Assembly (NCBI GenBank): GCA_963740085.1
Contig: CAVUCU010000001.1
Location: 192,001 to 256,000, forward strand
Origin: Nitrospirota bacterium
Lineage (GTDB): Bacteria > Nitrospirota > UBA9217
DNA: 64,000 nt
Direction of reading: 5' to 3'
Below the pieces are notes generated by a model, which worked only from the letters and a program-made list of their open reading frames with translations, was not told where the DNA came from and ran no database searches. The translations under genes and the position numbers were made by a program. Positions 29,942-40,143 of this stretch are shown here, one piece after another (the stretch's first letter is position 1; every line of letters starts with the position of its first letter).

Positions 29942-31570
29942 ATGGGATTAACTGAATACAAATCGAAACGGGAATTCGAGAAAACACCCGAACCGAAACC
30001 GGGTCTTCAGTCTCAGGGGAACCGTCTTGTGTTTGTCGTTCATAAGCACGCGGCCCGGGCCCTTCATTATGACCTCAGGCTGGAACTGGATGGGGTGCTT
30101 AAGAGCTGGGCCGTACCGAAGGGTCCCTCGCTTGACCCTGCCGTGAAAAGGCTCGCGGTTATGGTCGAAGACCACCCGTTCGAGTACAAGGATTTTGAGG
30201 GCGTTATTCCGGAGAACAATTATGGCGCTGGAAGCGTCATCATCTGGGACAAGGGCTTTTATCATCACCCTTCCACCAGAGATGAGAACGAAAGCAATAG
30301 GCTTCTTCATGAGGGCTTGAAAAAAGGCGACATGAAGTTCGTCCTCGAAGGAGAAAAACTTCACGGTGAATTCGCGCTGGTGAAAACGGCCAGGGACGGG
30401 AAGTCGTGGCTGCTTCTGAAGAAAAAAGATGGGAATGCGGCCAAAGAGGAAATCCTCAAGGAGAACCGTTCCGTGGTGTCTCATAAGACTCTGGAGGAAG
30501 TACTCGGAGCCGATAAGCATAAATCGTTCAGACAAAAAAAGTCAAACCAGATCCGTCTTCACGAGGCATTGGAAACCGAAGACCTGAAGGATGCGCCGGT
30601 CAAACCGATGCCGCACGGAATAAAACCGATGCTTGCTACCCTGACAAAGGAACCGTTCGATCATCCCGATTGGATCTTTGAGGTGAAATGGGACGGGTAC
30701 CGGGCTGTTGCTGAGATCAGTGACAACGGCGTTTCGCTTTACTCCCGGAACGGGATCTCGCTCGCCAAAAAGTTTGCCCCCGTTGCAGACTCTCTGCGGA
30801 AATTCGGATCTGACGCTGTCTTGGACGGGGAAATCGTTGTCGTAGATGACCAGGGACGCGCCGATTTTCAGGCGCTTCAGCACTACCAGGGCTCGGGAAG
30901 CGGTCATTTGGTCTACTACGTTTTCGATCTCCTCTACCTCCGGGGGCATGATCTGACGGGTCTCCCCCTGATGAGAAGGAAGGAAGTCCTGGAAAAGGTA
31001 CTCCCCTCTTCCTCAAAGATAAAATTCAGCGGTCATGTAGAGAAGGAAGGCGTCTTGTTTTACAACGTCTCCAAGGAAAAAGGCCTGGAAGGGATCGTCG
31101 CCAAACATTCTCAAAGCACATACGAAACAGGCAAAAGGACCCGGCAGTGGCTGAAGGTGAAGACGCGGCCTACCCAGGAGGGCGTGATCGCGGGATTCAC
31201 GGAACCGGGGGGCGGCAGAAAATATTTCGGTGCCCTTGTCCTGGGTGCATTCGATGGAGACAACTTTGTGTACATCGGCAATGTAGGAAGCGGATTCAGG
31301 GAGAAGGATTTAAAGAACATCCGCGAACAATTGGAACCGCTGGTCCAGAAGGAATGCCCCTTTTCCGCTGAACCGGAGACAAATGCGCCGGTCACGTGGG
31401 TAAAGCCGGAGCTGGTCTGCGAGGTTACGTTGACCGGCTGGACCGAGGATAGCGTGATGAGGCAGCCTGCGTTCATACGGCTGCGTGAGGATAAAACAGC
31501 CGGCGAGGTGGTTCGTGAAAAAGAATCATTTCAACGCAGAGACGCCGGGAAGCAGCAAAAAGAAGATTAA
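29942..31570 (+). CDS. ligD: LigD phosphoesterase + ATP-dependent ligase domains
   Basis: PE: HAARALHYDLRLE..SWAVPKGP..VEDHP; ligase: EVKWDGYR, LDGEIV, EGIVAK, WLKVK; no polymerase domain. Confidence 0.93.
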   Translation: MGLTEYKSKREFEKTPEPKPGLQSQGNRLVFVVHKHAARALHYDLRLELDGVLKSWAVPKGPSLDPAVKRLAVMVEDHPFEYKDFEGVIPENNYGAGSVIIWDKGFYHHPSTRDENESNRLLHEGLKKGDMKFVLEGEKLHGEFALVKTARDGKSWLLLKKKDGNAAKEEILKENRSVVSHKTLEEVLGADKHKSFRQKKSNQIRLHEALETEDLKDAPVKPMPHGIKPMLATLTKEPFDHPDWIFEVKWDGYRAVAEISDNGVSLYSRNGISLAKKFAPVADSLRKFGSDAVLDGEIVVVDDQGRADFQALQHYQGSGSGHLVYYVFDLLYLRGHDLTGLPLMRRKEVLEKVLPSSSKIKFSGHVEKEGVLFYNVSKEKGLEGIVAKHSQSTYETGKRTRQWLKVKTRPTQEGVIAGFTEPGGGRKYFGALVLGAFDGDNFVYIGNVGSGFREKDLKNIREQLEPLVQKECPFSAEPETNAPVTWVKPELVCEVTLTGWTEDSVMRQPAFIRLREDKTAGEVVREKESFQRRDAGKQQKED

Positions 31571-31605
31571 GCGGTACCTGACACCCTCCTCGGCGCTGCG
31601 GTTAA
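31530..31605. repeat. Degenerate palindromic element overlapping the ligD 3' end
   Basis: TTCAACGCAGAGACGCCGGG...CTCGGCGCTGCGGTTAA. Confidence 0.5.
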
Positions 31606-31647
31606 GCCGGACGTTTACGATATTGTTAACCTGGGAGGAAACAGTTT

Positions 31648-32400
31648 ATGAAGGTCTACGTCGGGACGAGCGGGTTTGCACATGCGGAATGGAAAGGGAA
31701 ATTCTACCCTGAAGAGATCCCGCCGAAGGAAATGCTTCGGTTCTATGCCGGACGCCTCAACACGGTAGAGATCAACAATACCTTTTATCACCGGCCCAAA
31801 GAAAGCGTGCTCGAGCACTGGGCGGAACAGGTTGGCGCTGATTTTGTTTTCGCTCTCAAAGCGCCGCAGGTCATAACGCACATGAAGCAGCTCCGAAACG
31901 TGTTCGAAGAGACCGAATACCTGTTCAGGACACTGTCAATCCTGGACAAAAAACTGGGACCGGTCCTTTTTCAATTTCCCAAAAGCTTTCATGCGGACCT
32001 GCCTGTGCTGGAGGATTTTCTCGGCCTGATCCCCGTTGACGCGCCCTGCGCGTTCGAGTTCCGCAGCCCCTCGTGGCTCGAAGCCGGAATTCCGGACGTG
32101 CTTCGTAAAAAGGGATGCAGCCTGTGCAACGCCGATACCGATGAGAATCCGGCGACTGAGATCATCAGTACGGCGCCATGGGGTTACTTGCGTCTTCGCC
32201 GCTCAGAGTATACGGATGCAGACCTTTTACACTGGGCGGAGAGGATCCTTTCGCAAAAATGGGAAAAGGCCTTTGTTTTCTTTAAACACGAGGACAAAGG
32301 ACCCGAGTGGGCTATGCGCTTACACGAGCTTGTCAATTTGAGATCGAATGAAAAGACGCTCAAGTCTGGAAGGATGCGGGGCGGAATTCCCACTGCCTGA
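31648..32400 (+). CDS. DUF72 domain protein
   Basis: VGTSGF..WKGKFYP..VEINNTFY..KAPQVITH..FQFP..EFRSPSW. Confidence 0.92.
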   Translation: MKVYVGTSGFAHAEWKGKFYPEEIPPKEMLRFYAGRLNTVEINNTFYHRPKESVLEHWAEQVGADFVFALKAPQVITHMKQLRNVFEETEYLFRTLSILDKKLGPVLFQFPKSFHADLPVLEDFLGLIPVDAPCAFEFRSPSWLEAGIPDVLRKKGCSLCNADTDENPATEIISTAPWGYLRLRRSEYTDADLLHWAERILSQKWEKAFVFFKHEDKGPEWAMRLHELVNLRSNEKTLKSGRMRGGIPTA

Positions 32401-32540
32401 TCGCGGAGTCTCTACCAAGGATAGAATTTGCGGCAAATTATTGCTAAATATATTCAACATCGTTGTGAGCTCTGTTTGAACTTTCTGTGTGTGCGCTGTG
32501 GTTAGATCTTGACTATGGTTCACCTCGGAGGAGAAAGATC

Positions 32541-32954
32541 ATGAAGAACCGAAACGAGAACGGCCCTGCTTCTCGTGAAGTCTTGATTTACGACGGCACC
32601 TGCCCGATCTGTTCAGGCACAGCGAAATGGATCCACCATAACGCCATGGATGGCTCGTTTGACATGATAACGTGCCAGTCGTTGCAGGAGGGAATGCAGT
32701 ACCCGGACATCAAGCATGAAGCCTGCATGCAATCAATGCACCTCGTGCTTCCGGACGGAACAGTTCTTGCCGGCGAGAAGGCGCTTCCGGAGATCATCTC
32801 GCGGCTGAGAAAGTACCGTTTTGCAGGCTTCTTGTTCAAACTGCCCGGTGCGGAGACGCTGTCGCGGATCGTGTACCGCTGGTTTGCAAAACGCAGATAC
32901 CGGATCTCGGCAATAATGTCCCATCTTAACGGCGGCCGAAAGAACGAAGTGTAG
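32541..32954 (+). CDS. DCC1-like thiol-disulfide oxidoreductase (DUF393)
   Basis: LIYDGTCPIC...YRWFAKRRY. Confidence 0.88.
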   Translation: MKNRNENGPASREVLIYDGTCPICSGTAKWIHHNAMDGSFDMITCQSLQEGMQYPDIKHEACMQSMHLVLPDGTVLAGEKALPEIISRLRKYRFAGFLFKLPGAETLSRIVYRWFAKRRYRISAIMSHLNGGRKNEV

Positions 32955-33009
32955 GCGTCCTTCCTTCTGCCAGATCGACGCGGACTTTTATTTCAAAGAA
33001 GTTCCTGCT

Positions 33010-34212
33010 TCATCGAGAGAGTGTAAAATAAAATGCCGCCCCTTTGTTGACCCCTGCCTCCGCCCAGATGCGGCCCTTGTGATGATCGATGATCCGCTGG
33101 ACCGTGGCAAGACCGATTCCGATGCCCGGGAATTCTACCGCTGAGTGGAGTCGTTGGAACGGGGTGAACAGTTTATTCGCATATTTCATATCGAAGCCCG
33201 CGCCGTTATCTTTAACACAATAGACTGTTTCGCCGTTACTTTGTGCGGCATTGAACTCGATTTTTGCAAAAGGCTGGTTTGCACTGAATTTCCATGCGTT
33301 GCCGATCAGGTTGTCCATCACGATCTTGAGCATCACCGGGTCTCCATCGGCATACACTTCTTCTGCGATCACAAACTCCACCCGGCGTTCGGGCTGGGCC
33401 ATTGCAAGCTCAGCCGCCGCAGTCTTTGCCAGTGTGCTCAGATAGACTTTCGAGCGATACAATGGGGTTCCCGTGAAGCGCGACAGACCGAGCAAGGCGT
33501 TGATGAGTTCGATCATTCTCGTTGAACCGGCTTGCACGCGGCGGATATAATCCCTGCCTATTTCATCCAGTTGTTCGGTATAATCTTCGGACAGTATGCG
33601 GATGAACCCGTCAATGGACCGCAGGGGCGCCCTGAGATCATGAGACACCGAGTAGGCAAACTGCTCCAGTGCCTTGTTGGAGCGCTCAAGTTCGGCCTTT
33701 GTCTCAAGCAACCTCCGCTCCGATTCCTTGCGGTCGGATACATCGCGGACCACGGCCAGCACAACGATGTCATCTTTCATCTGCAGAGGTCCGAGGGATA
33801 TATCCACGGGAAACTCGACTCCATCTTTTCTCCTCCCGTATAACTCCATCCCGGTGCCCATCGGACGGACGTGCGGATTCGACATAAACCCCCGGCGATG
33901 TTCTCGATGTTTATCCTTAAAGCGTTCCGGCAGGAGGATCTCAAGTCCTTCATTCAGTAATTCTTCATGGCTATAACCAAATAATCGCCCAACCTGCTTG
34001 TTGGACTGAACTATGCTGCCGTTGCGATCGACAACAACAATTGCATCGGGAGCGAATTCGAAAAGTCCCTCGAACATCGCCTTGGTTTTCGCCAGTTCCT
34101 CCACGAACGTTTCTTGATCCTCGACTGTTTTTTCCAGTTCATTGATCTTCTGCTGCAATATGATCAGGTCATTGATGAGCTGTTCTTTTGTCAGGTCGTC
34201 CAGGGTCTTCAT
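33010..34212 (-). CDS. Cytoplasmic PAS-domain sensor histidine kinase
   Basis: PAS (APDAI..RPMG..GRRKDG.EFPVDISL), FAYSVSHDLRAPLR, NAWKF, FQRLH, GIGLA. Confidence 0.92.
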   Translation of the reverse strand: MKTLDDLTKEQLINDLIILQQKINELEKTVEDQETFVEELAKTKAMFEGLFEFAPDAIVVVDRNGSIVQSNKQVGRLFGYSHEELLNEGLEILLPERFKDKHREHRRGFMSNPHVRPMGTGMELYGRRKDGVEFPVDISLGPLQMKDDIVVLAVVRDVSDRKESERRLLETKAELERSNKALEQFAYSVSHDLRAPLRSIDGFIRILSEDYTEQLDEIGRDYIRRVQAGSTRMIELINALLGLSRFTGTPLYRSKVYLSTLAKTAAAELAMAQPERRVEFVIAEEVYADGDPVMLKIVMDNLIGNAWKFSANQPFAKIEFNAAQSNGETVYCVKDNGAGFDMKYANKLFTPFQRLHSAVEFPGIGIGLATVQRIIDHHKGRIWAEAGVNKGAAFYFTLSR

Positions 34213-34331
34213 AATTCTCCATATAAAAATTGTTTGAGAGATCCTCATATTTCCTCAGCGGAGCGCAGTTGCCTGCTTTTAAAAGAGTGGACAAGGCCAA
34301 AGGGCCGCATATATTTAAGGATCGAATAATT

Positions 34332-35633
34332 TCATCTCGAAATCCCTGCATCAACCTCTCCAGGGCCCCTCTCCTCATATACCTGAGGTTTCCCGGACAA
34401 GAATCCTGACAAAAATAACGCCAACACGGTGTATGTCAGGAACAGGTAATATCCCGGTTGAAGGGAGGTGCCGTTCGTAGTTATCATCACCATTTCCTGG
34501 GCTGCTGACTTTAGTTGATCGAACTGGCTGGTAATGATCCCGTTAAACCCGATATAAGCCATGAATATGGCAACTACCATAACATCGGCCATGGACCATT
34601 TCCCGGATTTCAACACAAAGAACCTGATCACCGGCCTCTGCCTCGCATTGTGATAATTGTAATAATATCCCAGAGACGATACGGTTTTTAACAGGGGGAA
34701 AAAAACACTGAAGGTGATCAGCAGGACCCCCACAAATTTCATTTGGAGATCCTTATGCGTTATCATGATCCTGAATACATCCAGAATGCTTTTGCTTTGG
34801 AAATATAACACCTGGTTCTCGAAATAGATGGGATGCCCCATCAACGCAATGCTCATTCGCGAGATCCTGGCATCCATATCGATCATGGGCGTGGTTACGC
34901 CGGCTATCAGCAAAATAATAAGAGCCTGAACGAGGAGGATAAAGCTGGAGGGGGCCAACGGTTTCTTGCTGAAACCGGAAAAGGCAAAAAGGATAACTGA
35001 TAGAATGATCAGCAGTACGGCCTCTTTGGTGACCAGGGCTTGCTTGACCGAGACGGCCTCATTGAGCTTGATCCTCGCGCCTTCGATATCCTTGGAATCC
35101 GTCCGGGCGAGGATGCGGTTTATTCGAGACATATCCTGCGTATCGAAGGTTTCGTTAAAATATTGTTCAAGCTGTTTGTTCAGCATGGTCTTTATCTGAG
35201 CCTTTGTTTTGGCTTTCGTCATCTCATGAATGATGGCATCGGCATATTCAGGAATGCCTTTTTTTATATCTTCCGGGCTCACAAAAAGATCTAAAAACTT
35301 TTGCTTGACCCAGCCCTCCGCCGTGCCCGAGTTCTCTTCTTTGATATTCTTGTAGACCTTATCAATAAGCGTATTCAGCAGAGCTTCAATATGCTTTCGG
35401 AGCTCCCGCTCATTCTCTTTTGACACGTACAGCTTATTGATCTCCTCTGAAAGGATTACGGTAACCTGCCGCTTCCATTGATCGACGCTGAACAGACCGT
35501 ACTTGATATGATTGAGTTCCGCATAATCGATTTTGTTCTTTTGGTTGGAAATTGAATTAAGAATAATTTGTTGGCATAAAATAACGGATGCTACGATGAT
35601 TATTAAGGATAAGATCAACTTGAGCAATTTCAT
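34332..35633 (-). CDS. Paraquat-inducible protein A (PqiA-like) membrane protein
   Basis: FSVFFPLLK..GKWSMADVMVVAIF..PGYYLF motifs after a large extracytoplasmic region. Confidence 0.82.
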   Translation of the reverse strand: MKLLKLILSLIIIVASVILCQQIILNSISNQKNKIDYAELNHIKYGLFSVDQWKRQVTVILSEEINKLYVSKENERELRKHIEALLNTLIDKVYKNIKEENSGTAEGWVKQKFLDLFVSPEDIKKGIPEYADAIIHEMTKAKTKAQIKTMLNKQLEQYFNETFDTQDMSRINRILARTDSKDIEGARIKLNEAVSVKQALVTKEAVLLIILSVILFAFSGFSKKPLAPSSFILLVQALIILLIAGVTTPMIDMDARISRMSIALMGHPIYFENQVLYFQSKSILDVFRIMITHKDLQMKFVGVLLITFSVFFPLLKTVSSLGYYYNYHNARQRPVIRFFVLKSGKWSMADVMVVAIFMAYIGFNGIITSQFDQLKSAAQEMVMITTNGTSLQPGYYLFLTYTVLALFLSGFLSGKPQVYEERGPGEVDAGISR

Positions 35634-35755
35634 TATATAGTGACCTTCGTCATCGCAAACAGCGTGGGTGTTTGGAGCTCACTGCTTAGTCTCTGTATTT
35701 AGCGTTAGAGGCAGAATGTTCGGTGAGAACCGGCGTCCAAGGATACTGCGGTGAT

Positions 35756-36070
35756 TTAATCTACTTCCTGGAGTACTTTGACGGTGACACTCTCGACCAT
35801 GTTCTTTACCTTTTCCCGGTAATCGGCCATATGAGGCGAACCGAGATGCGCATGAAGCGTTCCCAGGCTCGCCCACTTCTCAAAAATAGTGACCACATCT
35901 TTATCGAAAACCTGCGGCGGCAGTTTTGCGTCAATATCCACCATCGGGATATATTCGATACATCCCTCTTCTTTTCTCACTGAGGGAACATTTGCTTTAA
36001 GAACCGCAAGATAATCGGCGAGCGATCCCGTCTTCACACTAATCGAGGCAATCACGTTGACCACAGCCAT
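35756..36070 (-). CDS. Putative quinol monooxygenase (ABM domain)
   Basis: VRKEEGCIEY..EKWAS..HAHLGSPHM. Confidence 0.88.
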   Translation of the reverse strand: MAVVNVIASISVKTGSLADYLAVLKANVPSVRKEEGCIEYIPMVDIDAKLPPQVFDKDVVTIFEKWASLGTLHAHLGSPHMADYREKVKNMVESVTVKVLQEVD

Positions 36071-36188
36071 CTCCCTCCTCAACGTTGTTGACGGGCAACT
36101 GGAGCGGCGCGAAGCACCTTGGATCCTCTTTCACGATAGAGCCGGCTTCATAAACGCCTGCTGAGAAGAAATGCCCCCTTTCAGTCCG

Positions 36189-38261
36189 TTACCACGATCT
36201 TCCAGAGTGAAGCTCATGACAGGTCCCTGTGCAGGTACCGTGCCCTGTCCCGTCGCGGGTAAAGTTCATTGTGTTGCCCGGATCGGTAAACTGAATGACG
36301 ACATTGGCATCGCCATGGGCGGTTCTGTTGCTCGGGCCATGACTGGTATTTCCCGTGCCATTGGATCCGTGACAGAGAGAACAGGTAAAGCTGCTATGGG
36401 TGCTATGCGTTCCGGCTACATCCGGGAATGCAGTACCGCTTGGCCTCCCGCCGGTGCTGGCGGACCCGTGGCACGATCCGCAACTGTTGCCGGGACTGGC
36501 CTTGGTGTGGCATCCGCGGCAATCTGGCGGCGTTCCAGTGGCAACAGGATACGTCCCCACGACGCTTCCATTCGCATGGCAACTGCTGGTTACGCAGCCG
36601 GAGAACGGCGCTACTCCCGCTGCCGATAAATGGGCGGAACCGGGGAACGGGAAGGTATGGCCTGAGACGTCGATCACCCCGTTCACGTGCTTCGTGGGAT
36701 CGTCGAAACCGGTATTAGTTGCATTGACGTGCGTGTGACATGTTTTACAGGTTGTGCTCGACGTAAAACCGGTATGAGCGGCATTGGCCGGAGGAAAACC
36801 ATGACACGTCCCGCAACCGGCTGCCGCCAGATAAGTTGTCTGGCTCCAGATAGGCGACTTGTTGGTGCCGCCGACAAGGGTCGCGCCATGACAGTAGACA
36901 TTGGTGCACTGTAAGGTCGTTTCATCGAATGCGGGACTTGCCCCGCCGGTTTGCGCTAATGCACCGAACACGATGGCCCCTGCCTGCCTGCTTGTGGTGT
37001 GGTTCCTGGCGCGGAGAAAATGGTCGAGGGTGACCGAGCCGAGCCCGTTGTGGCAAGCACTGCAGGTGTCGGCCACATTGAGGCCTGCGTGGCCCGGATG
37101 AGCAAGGGCGATATTAGGATAGATAGTCCCGCTGGGGCTCGCGCTGTGGCAGGAAGAGCAGTTTTTCAAGGTGGTCGGGAGACCGCTCTGGTGGCAGAAC
37201 GTGCAGCCCGTGGCGCCGTTTGCTGCTCCGACGCCATCCAGGTTCGCGCCGTGGCAGCGGTTGCAGGCATCGAAACCGGAGGGGCTGGCCTTGCAGTGGA
37301 GATACCACGGGGTTCCGATGGGATTGATCGGCGTTATCGCGCCGAATGCGGCGGGGATCTGAAGGACCCGCGGATGGGCCGCAAGCGGGGCATGGCATAC
37401 CTCACACCCTGTGTTGCCGAGGGTTGCATCGACGAGATTTCCGAGCTGGACATTGAATCGCGGGTTGCTCCCCGGCCCTCCGAAACTATTGTCGGCATGG
37501 CACTGCTGGCAATACGTCAGATTTGATTTTGCCACCGCGCCGTGGTTGCTCGGCTGCGCCCAGCCGGCCGGATGCCCCAACGGTCCATGACAAAGAGTGC
37601 TGTTGAAACAGCCCGGGTTACCCGTTTGGTACGTGGTGATGATCGGAGTTCTCAGGTTGGCCCCGCGACTGTGGCAGCGGGCGCAGGCCGCGGCGTTCGA
37701 CCCGGCTGCATCGTCAACGGTATCGGTATGGGTCGGCGCGGGATACGTCCGCCAGGGAAGCGGCGAATGAGGCGCCCCCACCGGTGCGCCGTTCGTCACA
37801 TGGCAGGGGCCTGTGGCCCTGCCCGCGGTAAAGCAGCTCACGTTGGCAACACCGCCGTTGAAATCGTCGCCGTGACAGAGCTGGCAACTGGAGAAACCGC
37901 TGTCTGCCCCGGGCTGCGATTTGGCGACAGAGCCGTGAAAGTTCGGGGCGGGGGTGGCCGGGTCTCGCCACCCTGCCGGGTGCCCGATAGGTCCGGTATC
38001 ATGACATGCCTGTCCGTTGAACTGAGGGCTAAAACAGCTGACCTTGGAGATACCTCCCTTCAGGTCGCTGCCGTGGCACTCATAGCACTGGCTATGATTG
38101 CTTACATAAGACACTCGGTGATACACGATCCAATTGGCGACGTGCTTCCCGGATTCGCTCAGGACCGGAGTATTGCTGTTGGCCTTGCTGCTGCACCCCC
38201 AAGCCATGCCTACTAAAGCGATCAACGCAACAACTTTAGAGAAAACGTTCAATATGCGCAT
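36189..38261 (-). CDS. Multiheme c-type cytochrome lipoprotein (CxxCH/CxxxxCH family), about 20 motifs
   Basis: Lipobox AWGC; 14 CxxCH plus 6 longer CxnCH motifs counted by eye; ATG 38261 with AAGGGAG RBS. Confidence 0.92.
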   Translation of the reverse strand: MRILNVFSKVVALIALVGMAWGCSSKANSNTPVLSESGKHVANWIVYHRVSYVSNHSQCYECHGSDLKGGISKVSCFSPQFNGQACHDTGPIGHPAGWRDPATPAPNFHGSVAKSQPGADSGFSSCQLCHGDDFNGGVANVSCFTAGRATGPCHVTNGAPVGAPHSPLPWRTYPAPTHTDTVDDAAGSNAAACARCHSRGANLRTPIITTYQTGNPGCFNSTLCHGPLGHPAGWAQPSNHGAVAKSNLTYCQQCHADNSFGGPGSNPRFNVQLGNLVDATLGNTGCEVCHAPLAAHPRVLQIPAAFGAITPINPIGTPWYLHCKASPSGFDACNRCHGANLDGVGAANGATGCTFCHQSGLPTTLKNCSSCHSASPSGTIYPNIALAHPGHAGLNVADTCSACHNGLGSVTLDHFLRARNHTTSRQAGAIVFGALAQTGGASPAFDETTLQCTNVYCHGATLVGGTNKSPIWSQTTYLAAAGCGTCHGFPPANAAHTGFTSSTTCKTCHTHVNATNTGFDDPTKHVNGVIDVSGHTFPFPGSAHLSAAGVAPFSGCVTSSCHANGSVVGTYPVATGTPPDCRGCHTKASPGNSCGSCHGSASTGGRPSGTAFPDVAGTHSTHSSFTCSLCHGSNGTGNTSHGPSNRTAHGDANVVIQFTDPGNTMNFTRDGTGHGTCTGTCHELHSGRSW

Positions 38262-38383
38262 GACTATCTCTCCCTTATTTTTGGTATCAAAATCGATGCA
38301 GCTCGTCGTTCCTGAATCGTATGTGGTTAGGATACCTCGTTTTCGGGTCAATTTCTCAAAAAAAACGCCATTCTTAATAAAGC

Positions 38384-38399
38384 TGCAAACAAAGTACCA
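38384..38399 (-). promoter_or_regulatory. Sigma-54 (-24/-12) promoter of the cytochrome gene
   Basis: TGGTAC-TTTGT-TTGCA on the minus strand (GG-N10-GC). Confidence 0.7.
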
Positions 38400-38577
38400 T
38401 AGTTATATATTAAAATACATATTAATTACCAATTGGTTAGACGCTGCGATGTTAGATCGGGCCGGACATCCTCTTCAAATTGGGCCGGTCATTTTAAGCA
38501 ATGTTTCCAAAATTGATCGGCAGGCATAATAAGAACTGTTCGCGTGTGAGACAGGAAACTCAACTAAAAAACATTAT

Positions 38578-39585
38578 CTATTGTGATCGAACAGTTTCAA
38601 TCGCCCGCTTTGCCCAGTTGCTGTCTTGAAGGACGGCTCTTCCCACGCCGATCAGGTCTGCTTTATTCTCGGCCAGAAGTTTCTCGGCAGCTTCTATTTC
38701 AGTGATCCCTCCGGTAAGGATAACGGGAATGGAGACAACGCTTTTGATCGCCTCGCTGAGAGGGGCAAAATAACCCTGTCCGGTAAGGCCGGGGGGGGTG
38801 TAACCGACAAACCCTCCGGAGATATGAATGATATCCACACCTGACTTTTCGAATGCCCGGGAGGCAGACTGGCTGTGTTCAATTGTCGTTCCGCCTTCAG
38901 TATAATCCGAAGCCCCTAACCTCACCTGGACGGGAAAATCCGGACCTACTTCTGAACGCACCGCCTCAATGACCTGCAGATGAATACGAATGCGGTTGGC
39001 GATATCCCCTCCGTATTCATCCATCCGCTTGTTCGTCAGGGGGGACAAGAACTGATTGAGAAGGTAACCATGTGCGGAATGGACCTCGACGGCATCAAAT
39101 CCGGCTTCCTTGACCCTGCGCGCGGCGTTTTTAAAGGCAAGGACAACTTCACGTATCTCTGTCCGCGACATCTCACGCGGCATGTCACCGCGCCTCGGGT
39201 TCGCTACTGCTGAAGGAGCAAGGGGTGTCGTTCCCGTGACCTCTTTTTGCGCCGCACTTCCGGCGTGATTGATCTGCATCGCCGCCCTTGAACCGTTCCG
39301 GTGAATGACATCCGCTAATTTCCGAAGGCCGGGGATGACGGTGTCATCGGAAACGGAAAGCTGGTTCTCGCTTGCCTTCCCTTCCGGGACTATGTAGCTG
39401 TGCTCGATGATGATCAATGAAAGATAACCGCCGCGCGATTTTTCGGCATAGTAATCGAGAAGCGCCTGGCTTACTTTTCCATCGGGCCCGGCCTTTGCGG
39501 TTGCCATCGGCGGCATGACCAGTCGATTGGCCATGGTCATCGACCGCACTTTGAGCGGCTTGAGGAGATATGACATAGAGATCAC
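38578..39585 (-). CDS. NADH:flavin oxidoreductase (Old Yellow Enzyme family)
   Basis: NRLVMPPM, QINHAG, AGFDAVEVHSAHGYLLNQFLSPLTNKR.DEYGG; start may be ATG 39576. Confidence 0.93.
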   Translation of the reverse strand: MISMSYLLKPLKVRSMTMANRLVMPPMATAKAGPDGKVSQALLDYYAEKSRGGYLSLIIIEHSYIVPEGKASENQLSVSDDTVIPGLRKLADVIHRNGSRAAMQINHAGSAAQKEVTGTTPLAPSAVANPRRGDMPREMSRTEIREVVLAFKNAARRVKEAGFDAVEVHSAHGYLLNQFLSPLTNKRMDEYGGDIANRIRIHLQVIEAVRSEVGPDFPVQVRLGASDYTEGGTTIEHSQSASRAFEKSGVDIIHISGGFVGYTPPGLTGQGYFAPLSEAIKSVVSIPVILTGGITEIEAAEKLLAENKADLIGVGRAVLQDSNWAKRAIETVRSQ

Positions 39586-39917
39586 TCACTCGTTTTTATG
39601 CAGGATTTAAACTTCCCATCCGGATAAAAGCTTATTGGATCGAATTCTTTACAATCTTGACCGCCTATTTTGGATGACCTGGCAAGATCGCACTTTTCAA
39701 GCTGGCCATCGGCGTAGAAGCTGATCGAGCGCTCCCCTTCGCAGGTGATCTGATTTGAATCAAAATCGTCTTTCAGCACGCACGACATAAGTGAACCATT
39801 TGGATAAAGAACTACCCTTGATCCCGATTCGCAGATTGATTGGTCGTTCGCGTACGCCTGGATCACCCCGAATACCATAAACATCAAGATACTAAATGCA
39901 AATTTGAACATGCCCAT
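39582..39917 (-). CDS. Secreted Cys-containing repeat protein
   Basis: Signal peptide; three C..(F/L)YxxGxxxxC repeats. Confidence 0.7.
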   Translation of the reverse strand: MGMFKFAFSILMFMVFGVIQAYANDQSICESGSRVVLYPNGSLMSCVLKDDFDSNQITCEGERSISFYADGQLEKCDLARSSKIGGQDCKEFDPISFYPDGKFKSCIKTSE

Positions 39918-40005
39918 ATGCTTTCCCCCATTAATGATGGCTCTTAATCTCCGTATCTTGCCTTATCGCTCTCTCTTTTAAAAATGAAAGATTGATTCGA
40001 GATCT

Positions 40006-40143
40006 TTAGTGAGCCAGTCCGATAATGCCGATCAGGATGAGATAGATGGCGACGATATAATTTAAAATTTTCGGCATGAAGAGAATCAGTATCCCGGCAA
40101 TTAAGGCCGCAATGGGTTGTAAAGGATATACGCTAATGGACAT
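40006..40143 (-). CDS. DUF3096 family small membrane protein
   Basis: GGAGGTG RBS; MSISVYPLQPIAALIAGILILFMPKILNYIVAIYLILIGIIGLAH; below ORF-track size. Confidence 0.85.
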   Translation of the reverse strand: MSISVYPLQPIAALIAGILILFMPKILNYIVAIYLILIGIIGLAH

